Shown here: piece after piece, positions 13,701 through 24,464 of the stretch
How positions within the stretch are numbered: the stretch's first letter is position 1
How the letters are laid out: each line of letters begins with the position of its first letter
Source of the DNA: Bipalium vagum
Taxonomy: Eukaryota
Assembly: GCA_037834085.1 (NCBI GenBank)
Contig: JBBMKC010010713.1
Coordinates: 1 to 40,958, forward strand
Reading direction: 5' to 3'
Length of the DNA: 40,958 bases
Program-made: the position numbers and the translations under genes
The notes under the pieces: generated by a model
The model's input: the letters and a program-made list of their open reading frames with translations, nothing else
What the model was told of the DNA's origin: nothing
Databases searched by the model: none

Positions 13701-16700
13701 ACAATAGCTCACAAACATCTAAGTACAACATCCAGCACAAGACTGTACAAAAACAAATCGAATATTTACTTTAATATTTCTGATATTGTTCATTAAATTC
13801 TGCAAATAAATTCTTGTATAGGTTGTATCTTAAATGCATCTTAAAAAATGAATTCAGTACATGATCATACTTCACATATTACATTCACGCAAACAAATTC
13901 ATTAGACAGTCCTCTTTAAGTATAAATAAATAATATTTAACAATCAGAGAAATAAATATCATCCATAATCAATTTATTGTTGTTGGTAGGAACTTTTGTT
14001 GGTCGTGAACTTTTGAGTTTAATCTATTGGGATGGTACAGAAAAATCTAGTTCATGGTTTGGCCAAGCCTCATGAGATAATTGTGGAGGCTATTTAGTTT
14101 TTTAAAACTATCTATTTTTACTGTCTTGATGAGATTTTAGCCAAATATGGTTTTCTGACTTCAAATTGACCATAATGGTACCATATTCAACCTGAATTAT
14201 TAATTCAATAAGTAACAAAGGAAGTGTAAAAAATAGCACGAAATTTTTGCGGTGCATGAATAAATAAAGTTATTTTAAGTTGGTAAATGTGAGTCAAGTC
14301 TTAAAGTCTGGAGTCAAGGTTCAATCCATCGCTGGTTTAATATATTTCGTAAAGGTCAGATAAATCTTGAAAGATTCAAAGAGACCTGGATAAGCCAGAC
14401 CTCCTTAAAAAGGTTCTAAATACCAGACTTATGCTCAAAGAATTCAATAAATGCAAATACATTTTAATTCTTGGTGAAACGATTACAGAGGAAAGACATT
14501 GGCAAGAAAGAATACATAATTTGTTTGTAAAATACCAGTTCTCATCGATTAAAGATTTGAAACCTACTCTTCACTTTCCTAATCTGTCGCACAAAATTTT
14601 CACTTTTCATGAACCTTATAAAATTTATCTATTTAAAATATTCCTTTGAACATTCATATTGGTTCCAGAACTTAAGATTCTCATGACACCGACATAAAAA
14701 TTCATATCCAAATATGAAAAATTTTTTGTATTAAATGGATCATATTTTCATAGAAATAACTAAGTTTTTTCCAAAAATATTAGTTTGAAGTATACAATAA
14801 AAATCGTTAATCACTTTAGTGACAGCTCAATATTTTATATCGGTCCAACATTCTTTACATTATTTTACAAAAAATAAATCAGTAAATACAAATGTTAGGA
14901 ATGGTGTAAAATTAATTGTCAATTGCTCTGTTTCATTACATTACGAGATGTTTACCATAAAAACTCAATTACATGCTCAGAGAGAATTGTGCAACAGACA
15001 TCTCTCGGACAATATGTCAAATTAAAATAGAAGCAAAATAATTTAAAGGTAAATTTATTACAGGAGATCATTTAATAAAATAAATATTTATGCTTCAAAG
15101 TAGGAACTCTTGATTTCTTTAAGTTCTTTAAACAGGATCGATTTTTTCATCAGGTTAGTCTATTTTTATGTTTTAAAATAATAATATAAATAATCAATTA
15201 TAAAATTTTCAATGGGATCACATAATTGGTTGAAATTTTGTTTGGTCCGCTCTGTTTGAACAGGATATTTAGAATTTCTATAATTTTTTTACTATTTTTT
15301 TATAACGTTTGTTAATAAGAATGTTAACAGTTCTCTTCAGAACTACAATTATTGATTATAAGAAAGATACAATTTATTTAGAATTTTTAAGGTCATAAAT
15401 AAGGTTGGTAAAATTCAATTTGGTAATGCGAAACAAATACAGCCTGGCTGGAAAATATTAAAATTGGTTTTTGTCAAATATAATTTTAAAAATTATCCGC
15501 TCTATTATGAAAATTTAATAAATTATTATTATTATTTTATATTCTTTTCTTGCATCGTACAAAACCATTAATTTCTCATTTATATTGCAATCAGTTAGAT
15601 GAACTAAGTAAAACAATTTAGAAAAGTGCCAAAGCTTAGCCAATATAAATGAGCAACCGCATGTGAAACCGCATATCTCAAAGCAGACTAAAAAAAAACT
15701 TAAGGACCTAAATTGGAATCTCCTCATTCATCCTCCCTATTCCTATTCTCCCAATCTCGCGCCACCAGACTTTTACCTTTTCCGATCATTGCAAAACAAT
15801 TTAGTAGGCAAGAAATTCACATCATTAGAAGGTATCAAAAATTACCTAAATGCGTTTATCGACAGCAAACCAATCGACTTCTACAAAAAGCCATTCAAAT
15901 GTTGTCAGATCGTTGGAGAAAGGTAATTAAAAATAAAGGAATTATATAATTGACTAAATTGGTTTTGTTAATAAACTTTTTTTATTATTTGTCTTTATTC
16001 ATTCAATATTTACTCTATATAAAATCATACCATTACTTTTGCAATGACTCAATATCTGCATGATTTTTTGTTTAAATTTATTTTCAAAATTTGATCACGT
16101 ACCTTGTTTGGGTTTTAAACATTATTTTCCATTAAATAGTTAATTGCTGTTTCGTTAAACTGAAAAATATTGAACATATCTATGGTATTTTTAATACGAC
16201 TGACTCATTATATTTCTGAAATTAAATATATTTTATTCATATTCTAACCACATAAAATTTGCAGAAATCAATAGTTGTAGTCTTGAAGAGGACTGTTACA
16301 GAACTGATAAATTATTCAGATACAATTAATTACTTAATATCAAAAAATTGAAACTGAAAATTTATTTTATTTTACCTTTAAACTAATTATAATTAGTTCG
16401 TTAAAACAAAACGGGATCAAACCGAATTTAATCATACGTAGTTTATTAACTTCTTGTGAATAATTAATTAAGTTATTGATATCTTATATTATATTATTAT
16501 ATTTTCCTCTGTAAAAAATAGAAAAATATTTTTATACTAAATCTTGATCTGAACCGGAATATAAAGTAGAGTCTTTCATTTGAAATATTCGCATAAACTT
16601 TTTTGATAAAAGTACAGTGTAGCTTAATGTCCTGACGTATGTTACAGAGAAAGTCAAGATTTTAAAGGGGTCGTGATATAAATGATATTATTATTTCAAC

Positions 16701-19700
16701 GGGATAAAGAAATTTTTTTTCATTTCAAGTAATATTAAACGGGTTACACTGTAAGTCAAATACAAAAGAGAGGAACAGACGAAAAAATCAAATATTTATT
16801 TTTGTAAAATCCATAAATTACAATGAAAGAATGATTTTTTTGAAAATTAATTTGTTAAAATCATCTTATAAAAATTCAAAGTGTAACACCTCTTGGAATG
16901 TTTCGTGTCAAATAATGTTTTGGTGGCAAAAATGTATTATTATTTCACAAAATTTCCCTGAAAAATCAATTCACATGGGTTTTTAGTAATTTGTAGTAGA
17001 TTAAAATCAAAAATGCAACTCAAAAACTTTATTATTACCCAAAAAAGAAGAAATAATTTTTTTGTGAATTGTAGAAATATTTTCAAAAACATCGAATGCA
17101 TTAGAAGACGACATTTTTCCAGAGTAATTTTATCTTTTGCCCCAAAAGATAAGTGACGACAAGATTCCTTTTAAAATTAACTAAGGCAATGCTGGGTCAA
17201 AAGATAAAGTTTGTAAAGCAATGCATTACTTATAATTTTATTATATTACAAAGCGAAAAACAGATTTGGTTTAACCACTCTCTTCTGTTCACGACTCCAA
17301 AACTACTTTCATATATATGTTCTTCCATAAAGATAAGAAAGGGTACCAAAATTTAATAAATGACATTGAAAAATAAAACAGGCGATTACTATTAAAAAAA
17401 AAATCTCTCTTAAATACTCTAAGAAATGGTATTTTTTGTGGCAGTTCGAGAACTTGGTAAAATGTATCAAGAGAAACTTACGTTTTCTGCCACACCCTCG
17501 ATGGCTTTGGAATAAGTACGCAAATATTCCAATTCTTTACTGAGGTCATGAATGACTTTGTCATTTTCTTCATTTTCTGCAATGATAAATGAAATGATAA
17601 AAATGTACATGAAAAACCGAAGAAAATTTTAGATATAATATTTTCCAACAGCATTTAACAAACAAAAATAATCCCACCATATTTAATGGAGCAAATTCTT
17701 TTTATTACTTTTGAACCTTAGATTTTTTATGTTTATTCCCGAAATCGGCAAAATTGACTGGGAAACTCGTAATGATGAAATAAAAAAAGGTCAATAAAAT
17801 ATACTCTCTCTGTCAAATGAGATCAGAGACTGAGGAAAAGAGAAGTGAACAATTAAATCTTAAAATAAATTATCAATCTGATAATGTAGAGGATAACAAT
17901 GAAAATTTTTTTAATATTTGCATTTTTCGTAACTTGGGTCCTCTTTTCTTTGTTTTATTAAATCGAACATCTTTTGTGTACTGACCAACATCTTTCAATT
18001 GAACGAGTGATCAGATCACCCAAGTGTTCACTTAAGACAGGTAAATAAACAATAATAAGTCTTAATATGAATACATTATTATATATAGAATCATTAAACA
18101 CAGGGAAAATCTATAAAATATTTATTTTAAAATAAAAGATTGATTTAAAGTTGTCGCTTTTATAGAATTTAACTTTTTAGATGCTATTATTTATTTTAAT
18201 TTTGCTAACGGGGATAAAGCGGACTGCTAATCATTGTAAATAACAGTCAGATGATATTGTTAAGAACTCCATTGCTTTTGCCATTTTTGGTTTTGTCTGA
18301 ATTTCATTATTATCTTTAAAACCATGAAGCATTAATATAGATTATAGAACCAGAAATTTGAGTATTATGAAATTTTACTGTTGCGAATCAATTATAATAT
18401 ATTTATCCACCTAATAAAGCTGAAGTTCTCTTTTTATCTTTTTTAAAAATCTCTTCCTTTTTGTGAATGATTTCTTCGATTTTATTTATTTTCCTTGTCC
18501 AACAAGATATGGTATCTATTGAAATTCCATATTTACAAATCGTACGAATATGTAATGTTTTATTTCGTCAATTACCTTTAATCGGTCCAAAACGCTAGTT
18601 TGAGAATATCTTCTGGTTCCTGGCATATTTTAGCAACAGAATTAAAATTAAATTATCATAATCTCTCTTGGTGAAGGGTTTGCTTGTGCTCATGTTTCAA
18701 ATATTTTATGGACATTCAACGATTGTGCTGATCTCCGCGAATTGTCATATAAGATCCCTTCTTCGATATTTTATCTATTACTTAAAAACTGAAAAATATA
18801 TATTTTATTTGAGATAAGAGCAACTGGCCAACAACAATTTTATTTTCTGTACTTAAAATGATCTTTACAAAACATCATCAACAGACGATTTTTATCTATT
18901 TAGGTTCTGGTAATTCAACTATTCTGGTAACAATTTAGACTGCATTGTCTGTCTTTCACTGAAAACATTTATGAAATCATGAAACTAATTAATCAATGAC
19001 AAAACAAAATTTTTGACATCTCAAAGATGCTAAAGGTACATAAATATACTTCTAAGCCATCTATGATGGTGGTTCAATAAGTCAATAAAAATAAAATAGA
19101 ACAAAGTTTATTTTTCAACATAATCCCCAAGTAGGTCCAACTTCATCCAACGTTTCTCAAGTTTATTAATTCTTTCTTATAATAAGATTGGTCCAGTCCA
19201 TCAAAATAAGCACTTACTTCATGAATGTGATATAATTAAAACAATTTTATGTATTTATCTGAAAAATCGGATTTTACATTTTTAATGTTTAAATTGTTTA
19301 TTAACAAAGTTTAAAAACACTAGTGCTAAAATTTGTTTTATTTTTCACGGACTTATTGAACCGCCCTCGTACATAAGAATGGATTAAAAACGTTTACTTT
19401 TGAGTTAAAAAATTAAGATCTTTTTCCTAATTGTACTAAAAGAAAGAGTAAAGAAAGAGGCTAAATAGAAGATTTAAGAGAGTGACTATGAGGGATAAGA
19501 AATAAACTAGGAGCGACATTAATTGCAGGAAAAATCACAGTCGTTTAAAGATTAAGTTCCACCAACAGTACAAATATCTAGTTTAATTATGTCTATTTGA
19601 CAGAATGGGAAGGGTATTTTTTATCGATTAGGATTTTTAACCTTTCCAAGTGATTGATTTCGCATTATACTACAGTCGACACCTCTAGGGACCAAACATA

Positions 19701-22700
19701 AGTGTCGCTGTTTTTACATTTTCGTCCAAAAGTAACAGTTTTTTTCATTAATTTTTTTTATTTGAGCTGTTTTGAAGGATAAGGATAACTTCATCAATTT
19801 AATTTAATTCTTCAACATTGCTGGATCATTTTCATTTCTTTCTAAACAGATTTAGTCTAAGGGCAAATTTCTTTGCTTTTTCTTGACGAAGTTGTCCAGT
19901 AATAGGTAGATTTCGATTTCGTACTTTGCTCTTTCGTGATTCTCGAGTTTCGACTATTTAATTTTTTTCCTTTAGGACCAATATCAACCTCAACTGTATT
20001 TTTTTGATTTGATAATTCTAATAATAGTTGTTCTTGGGACTCCAAAATTGTTTGCAAGTTCAAAATGACCACTGTTGATACTTGTGGTATCTCCGCTTAA
20101 AGTCAATTGAAGTCGTTATGATTTTGAAGGTTTCCGTTAACCCTCATTGGGGACTTCAAAATATATGAAAATGCCATTGTGTAAACAAATTTATTAACCA
20201 AAGCTGACCAATCAAAATTTAGAATACTTCAGAATATATTTTAAAAACTTCCTTGTTTTCAGTTACTTTTCTGGTGATCCAAATTGTAAAAATTTGAATT
20301 TCCAAGTTTCGTTAAAATGAGGGTAAAATAAAGGAAAATTTTATTTTAATTATAAGTGTCGTTAAATCGAAGTATTTTTTCTGAGATTTATGCTATGTTT
20401 CGTCAAAACTGAACAAAAACGTCATTAAATCGAGGGTCGACTGTATCAGCATACTATACCATAATAATAATAATAATTCAAAAGGTTTCTTTGGCCTTAA
20501 TTTCCAACTTTATATTAATGGAAAATTAAAGCATTAATAAAAGGTGATGAGCAAATAAATTTTCAAAAATTTTGAATTTGAAAATCACAGTGAATTCTGT
20601 TTTTTTACATTTTTTCAAGGTTCTTTTCAACATTTGTTTATTTACAATTATTGATTTACTTGTAACCCTATAATAAAAACGTTTTAAAAATTAAAATAAA
20701 TAAATAATTAATTTTATTAATAAAATTAAAATTACACAACGTTTTACTTATAACCCTGACTATACTATAATCGTTTAATGTCAAGCTAATAGCTAATCAT
20801 TATTAACTAAAGGACCAATAAAACAAAGATAGAAAAAAGGTGAGTTAATTCAAACAAAACGTATTATTTTCACATTTACTTGTGTTCATGTGACCAAAAA
20901 TACATATTCCAATGATAATATCTAATAATTATATGGTCATTCAATATTCAAAGTCTTCGGTTTCACCAAGTCCTACCAAGAGTTACTAACAAATATAAAA
21001 TCAAAAGGTAGATAGTGATCTCTTACAAAAAACCAATTGCTTCATTATCAAGAAACAAAATTAATCGATTGAATTAAGAGGGTAAATGTATTATGAAACA
21101 GGTGTAATGGTAGCACACGTAATCAGTAAAGATTTTGTTTTATCATTAGTCTGAATGTGCATGGCTTTGATACAGAATGGTAACGTATGGCAAATTGAAA
21201 CAGTTAACAATAGAAATTGGATAAGGTCTGCAAAAGTCTTCAAAAATTTGTTTGTCTTGATCTATACTGAATTGCGTCTACTTTTAATAGTTGAACATGG
21301 TACACAAAGTTTTTACTGTTTTTTTTAATATTAATAATAATAATTTGAGGGAAGAATATTGTCACTTTTTCATCTCACAAATCCAAAGTCGATTGTCACT
21401 ATAAAAAATTTTCATTAATCAAAATATGCTCCACTGGCATCTACAACCCTTTGCAAAGGTCCTACAAGTTTCTTTATACCGTTTCTAATATACATATACT
21501 AAGGGCTGTTCCTTTTTTTAAAATTAATTAAATTTTTGATTTCTTTATTTAATTATTATACATTTTCTTACTTATTATGATTTGGTTAAGCTGTAAAGAC
21601 AAATTTTCGTTTTTAGCCGTTAGTTCGATGTTCTGAAAAAAGGTTAAAAATAAATACAAAATTATTTAAATATAAACAAACATGGTTAATTTATTGTAAG
21701 AGGATTGTGAACAATATTCTAAACGCAAATCATCATATTATAAATAATTTATTTATTATAATGTATTTTTCAAAGAATATTCCGAATACAAGTCATCATT
21801 TTTAAAAATAATAAGTGTTATTTTTTTCTTATTATTCTTGACAAGAATAATAAATATTAATATTAAGGAAAGAAAAATTGTTAAATTTTCATTTTTTGTT
21901 TTAATGCAAAGTCTAAATTGCTCTTTTAAATTTTTAAAATTAGGATTATTTTAATATTTTCATAATTGATTTTATTTCAAAAATATAACAAAAAAAAAAC
22001 AATTTTTTCTTTTAAATTTTAAAAAATGTTCCTGCAAATGATGATTTAATGGTGATTTTAAACATTTTAAACATTCAATAATGAAAAAGCACTTAAATAA
22101 AAGTAATTGAATAAATTAATAATTTAAACCATGTAAATTTAATTTAAATAATATAATTATTACCAAATAATTACGTTAAATAATGAAATTTACACAAACG
22201 AGATGGTGAAAACAGTTCTGAAAATGAGTACTCGGCTATCAAAATAATAAAATGTAACAATATAAAAAAAATTCGAGACTAATAAAAATCAATATTAAGT
22301 TTATAAGAAACAAAAAATATTATTACACTTAATATAATTTAATAAAACACTTCCAGTTTATGTTCATTAAAAAAAACAATAGAGTTGAGTACTTCTGTAA
22401 AAATGATAATACTCCGGACCAAATTATATATAATAATAATTAGATAAATTATAAAAAAGATATAATTTTCTATAGATTATCCGAAAAGCTCGGAATCGGA
22501 AATATATTTTCGATACCAATGCTATGTGAAGCATCAATCATCAATTTTATTTATTCTGCAATCTCTAATTGATCATAACTTTGATCAATAACAATGTGAG
22601 CTGCTGCTATTGTTTTGACCATGGTTAGTTACATATATATATCCATAATAACATTTAATAAAGAAAATTTCTCCTTATAAAATCATTATCTATTCATAAG

Positions 22701-23546
22701 GAAACTATGGTTTCATTCTATCTCAGGCTGTATTGGTAGACAAAAAAGCCTGTTATTTTTTCACACTTTGCATCATGTTTTCTCATTTCACTATCTCTCC
22801 TGTTTGTCGAATAGCGCGGAAACAATGGAAAAAATATTTCCAGTGTTAAAGTAATACTTATGCCATAATAAATATCAGAGTATTTCGAGAAAATTATTGA
22901 TTACATTATCTGCCTTAATGGTGGTCGATCAACAATTTTTCAATATCAAAATCATAGCATGACTAATGATGGCATGGGAAAATTAATGTCACATTCAATT
23001 TTTGACAGGTTCTGTAATAGAAAGAATCTCAATATCTGCTTTAATTTACTTTATGGAAACTAAAAATAAAAGATGAACATGTAATCATGGAACATGTTAC
23101 TTAATTTAAAATTATTGTCCTCATTTACTAATTATATTTTGACTTCATATTTATAAAAATAGAAAAAAATCATTTCCAATTCTTTTCTACGGCATCTTAT
23201 CCATTATTTAACCTAGAAATATATTGATTAAAAATTATCAATATAACTAAATAGATAATTAATATTATAAATAATCAATACATATTAAAAATCATTTTTC
23301 AATTTCGCTAATTCTATTGTCAAAACGATTTGAGATGACGAAATATTTTAATATTTCAAACAAAAAGCTTACCCTTTCTCGTTCTGCAACACATGCAATT
23401 TTTGACTGTTTCAAGTCATTCATAACTGAATAAATATTATTTATTTTACTATATTTAATTATAAAACCCTTATTTATCAGACACAACAGATCATCGTTGG
23501 ATTTTTTCAGCTTAAAATATCCTTCTTCAAAATTTATCTCAGTCAT
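798..23546 (-). CDS. SHTN1: Shootin-1-like coiled-coil/polyproline protein, 13-exon model, ~473 aa
   Basis: Exons 23546-23468, 23425-23373, 17829-17805, 17576-17482, 9845-9693, 8031-7873, 6666-6606, 6555-6473, 6387-6253, 6202-6061, 2371-2198, 1108-1035 and 986-798. All are GT-AG, phases match, and the total is 1422 nt ending in TGA. Two repeats (YNELKRQSSIFF..DIDID and ENKDLKRTSALLLNNITDDDRMMEL) resemble the two LKRxS coiled-coil repeats of shootin-1. They are followed by VPPPPPPPPNAPPP-KLLSIFK and a C-terminal NELQKKF motif. Confidence 0.72.
1035..1108 (-). CDS. Shootin-like exon 12 (DQVLSDLMNELERKLLEKVKSRLKN)
   Basis: TTTCAG acceptor, GTAAGA donor. Confidence 0.8.
1149..1620 (+). mobile_element. 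Degenerate mariner 5' fragment
   Basis: TATTAGGGGG TIR-like start; CEAYGIDTVRSITCLN*FRKF (HTH) and KVGKWITH*LTD (WVPHEL motif). Confidence 0.65.
2198..2371 (-). CDS. Shootin-like exon 11, polyproline exon
   Basis: TTTTAG acceptor, GTATGA donor, VPPPPPPPPNAPPPIPAQNKSKLLSIFK. Confidence 0.85.
2907..3004. repeat. Foldback inverted repeat enclosing the tRNA remnant
   Basis: TTTTGTTACTGT / ACAGTTACAAAA and TTGAAAATTAATTG / CAACTAATTTTCAA arms. Confidence 0.75.
2934..2970 (-). pseudogene. Internally deleted tRNA-Ala remnant
   Basis: GGGGATGTAGCTCAGCGGT fused to CGAATCCCGATATCTTCA: tRNA-Ala 5' end with A-box start, plus T-loop and acceptor 3' strand; G3:U70 pair; anticodon arm missing. Confidence 0.75.
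4370..4970 (-). mobile_element. Internally deleted mariner, same family as the copy at 39480-40500
   Basis: TATTAGGTAG TIR; FLHRVIMENEKWCLY (DEKW motif); FWSKDFEKLMERWEKV C-terminus. Confidence 0.85.
5333..5830 (-). mobile_element. Mariner 5' half (TIR plus HTH domain)
   Basis: TATTTGGTTGTCTCAAAAGTAAG TIR; KCQRWFRRLKDGNFDLRDAPKSDR...IRRHLH. Confidence 0.85.
6061..6202 (-). CDS. Shootin-like exon 10 (ILELEMKYQENDVTQLKIEL...TLKHE)
   Basis: ATTAG acceptor, GTACCT donor; ELEMKYQ resembles shootin ELELKYQ; missed by the ORF track. Confidence 0.85.
6253..6387 (-). CDS. Shootin-like exon 9 (LKAENKDLKRTSALLLNN...VKDKK)
   Basis: ATCAG acceptor, GTATTT donor, 45 codons. Confidence 0.85.
6473..6555 (-). 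CDS. Shootin-like exon 8 (EMEILITSYQKLREDHEKLISLFGPYLQ)
   Basis: TTTAG acceptor, GTTTTT donor, phase 1 in and 0 out. Confidence 0.75.
6606..6666 (-). CDS. Shootin-like exon 7 (VNELKENISKKEDHTLSLSN)
   Basis: TTTTAG acceptor, GTGATT donor, phase 0 in and 1 out. Confidence 0.75.
6890..7372. repeat. About three diverged tandem copies of a ~165-bp AT-rich unit
   Basis: GATTTTGATTAATTA at ~6956, 7117 and 7288; ATTGATTTAATnAAGTTnAAATATTCTAAAT at ~7003, 7170 and 7341. Confidence 0.8.
7649..7709. repeat. (AAT)n microsatellite
   Basis: About 20 perfect AAT units. Confidence 0.95.
7873..8031 (-). CDS. Shootin-like exon 6 (DILEDLKEN...EICKLQSQ)
   Basis: TCCAG acceptor, GTTAGT donor, 53 codons, coiled coil. 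Confidence 0.8.
8047..8591. mobile_element. Non-autonomous mariner-type element (MITE/Pack-TIR)
   Basis: TA flanks; ~30-bp TIRs TTAAGTCATCCGGAAAGTCCTGTG / TTTGGTCATCCGGGAAGTCTAGTG; interior is not transposase. Confidence 0.85.
8930..9310 (-). mobile_element. Degenerate LINE (CR1/L2-like) reverse transcriptase fragment
   Basis: LIEEWLEKEKNR and IYLNGSIIESNEEICD resemble WIxxWLxxRKQRV and YxLNGxxLExVxxxKDLG. Confidence 0.4.
9693..9845 (-). CDS. Shootin-like exon 5 (YCGKNITTQHKYNELKRQSSIFFRQLADPPDFMDIDID...)
   Basis: TTTTTTTTCAG acceptor, GC-richer open frame; donor position less certain. Confidence 0.8.
11780..12400 (+). mobile_element. Degenerate hAT transposase C-terminal remnant
   Basis: PQFPSCKKL and VQKELLELQSEELVHSF...KFWK, as in the region before the hAT dimerisation domain. 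Confidence 0.5.
12404..12781 (+). mobile_element. Tc1-like transposon 3' end
   Basis: PCHQARINKAWFINNNINVLGPWTRNSPDLSSIENLWKVLK; terminal TIR-like GGGGCCGATGAATTATGGCCACGACTA. Confidence 0.85.
14280..14700 (+). mobile_element. Internally deleted mariner remnant
   Basis: SIHRWFNIFRKGQINLE-DSKRPG HTH; PTLHFPNLS resembles PYSPDLS. Confidence 0.55.
15650..16054 (+). mobile_element. Mariner 3' fragment with right TIR
   Basis: KPHISKQTKKKLKDLNWNLLIHPPYSYSPNLAPPDFYLFRSL; frameshifted DRWRKVI; CATTACTTTTGCAATGACTCAATA TIR. Confidence 0.9.
17482..17576 (-). CDS. Shootin-like exon 4 (NEENDKVIHDLSKELEYLRTYSKAIEGVAEN)
   Basis: TTGCAG acceptor, GTAAGT donor, heptad-like sequence. Confidence 0.8.
17805..17829 (-). 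CDS. Shootin-like exon 3, 25-nt microexon (SLISFDRE)
   Basis: Strong pyrimidine tract CTTCTCTTTTCCTCAG and GTATAT donor; supplies the needed phase 0 to 1 shift. Confidence 0.6.
18200..18630 (-). mobile_element. pogo/Tigger transposase N-terminal remnant
   Basis: RRYSQTSVLDRLKVIDEIK..KYGISIDTISCWTRK, a CENP-B-type HTH, frameshifted. Confidence 0.55.
19064..19369 (-). mobile_element. Mariner-derived MITE
   Basis: TA flanks; TIRs TGATGGTGGTTCAATAAGTC / CGAGGGCGGTTCAATAAGTC; residual C-terminus YFDGLDQSYYKK. Confidence 0.85.
19673..20443 (-). mobile_element. Internally deleted pogo/Tigger element
   Basis: TA-CAGTCGAC termini at both ends, subterminal CGTTAAATCGA-type repeats, ELANNFGVPRTTIIRIIKSK HTH. 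Confidence 0.8.
21410..21490 (-). mobile_element. Mariner C-terminal scrap
   Basis: GIKKLVGPLQRVVDASGAYFD*. Confidence 0.55.
23373..23425 (-). CDS. Shootin-like exon 2 (VMNDLKQSKIACVAERER)
   Basis: TTCAG acceptor, GTAAGC donor, phase 1 in and 0 out. Confidence 0.75.
23468..23546 (-). CDS. Shootin-like exon 1 (MTEINFEEGYFKLKKSNDDLLCLINK)
   Basis: ATG at 23546; phase-1 donor GTTTTA; 42-nt intron follows. Confidence 0.7.
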
Positions 23547-24059
23547 AATTTCAAATTTACGCTCACAAATTTGAATTGTAAGTATCACAATTAAATAAAG
23601 TTTAAACAAAGCTCAGTTTCATTTTAATGAGAAAACAAAATTTAACATTTGGTTTTTGGATTTAATTTTTATTAGAGAAAAACATTATCGTCTTTTTTAT
23701 CATTTTAAATCCAATTTTATTTAATGTAGAATAAATTGATTTTAATGAAAAATATAATTATTATTAAATATTTATGTTCGTCTTTTTAATTTTGTTCTGA
23801 TTTTTTGATAAGTTAATAAACTATAAATTTAGTTTAAAACATATTATAAATAATATAAATTAATAATAATAAATATATAATTTAATTAATTTTATTATTA
23901 GATTTAATTTTATACTTGCAATGTAGATAAAAGTTGAAATAAGCTTACTGATTTATAAATATGACCACCTTATCAATAAATGTTGTACAGTTTTAATTTT
24001 TTACATGTCCTAGAAACGAATAATGCTTGTATAAAAGAAAAGACGAGACTTATATTCAT

Positions 24060-24400
24060 TAGTTTTTAGATTTTCGTCCAAATCATGCGACAATGATTAT
24101 CCAATTTCTTTCCTTAGAGGATGTTATTTTGCCAAGATCGGTTTTTTCAATTCAATAAGCCGTTATATTTGGGTTATAATTGTATTATATATTTTTTAAT
24201 TACAGTTTTTTTGGCTGTTGCCATTTTCTTTCATATTTTCATCAGCGCTATAATTTTACCAAACCATCGTTGGACTGTACGTTCATAAATGGTACTTGAA
24301 CATATCATTCATTTAGTGAGTTTTCTCAGATGCTTTTGTGCTAAATTCGAACTCGTACAAAAATAGAAATCGATTTTCTTTTTTAATTGTCATGATTTTT
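24060..24400 (-). mobile_element. Mariner 5' fragment
   Basis: RFLFLYEF and YERTVQRWFGKI HTH motifs. Confidence 0.7.
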
Positions 24401-24464
24401 CGAGTTAATTTAAACCAAAATATGAAGTAAGTCAAAGTTAACAGGTCTTTTAACTTTATTTTTT

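Noticed and set aside
19857-20072. 71-aa ORF with a coiled-coil look
   Set aside because: Off-frame reading of a pogo/Tigger HTH remnant
23165-23213. Apparent exon after a TTCTAG acceptor in shootin-like intron 2
   Set aside because: Stops in all three frames and no usable donor
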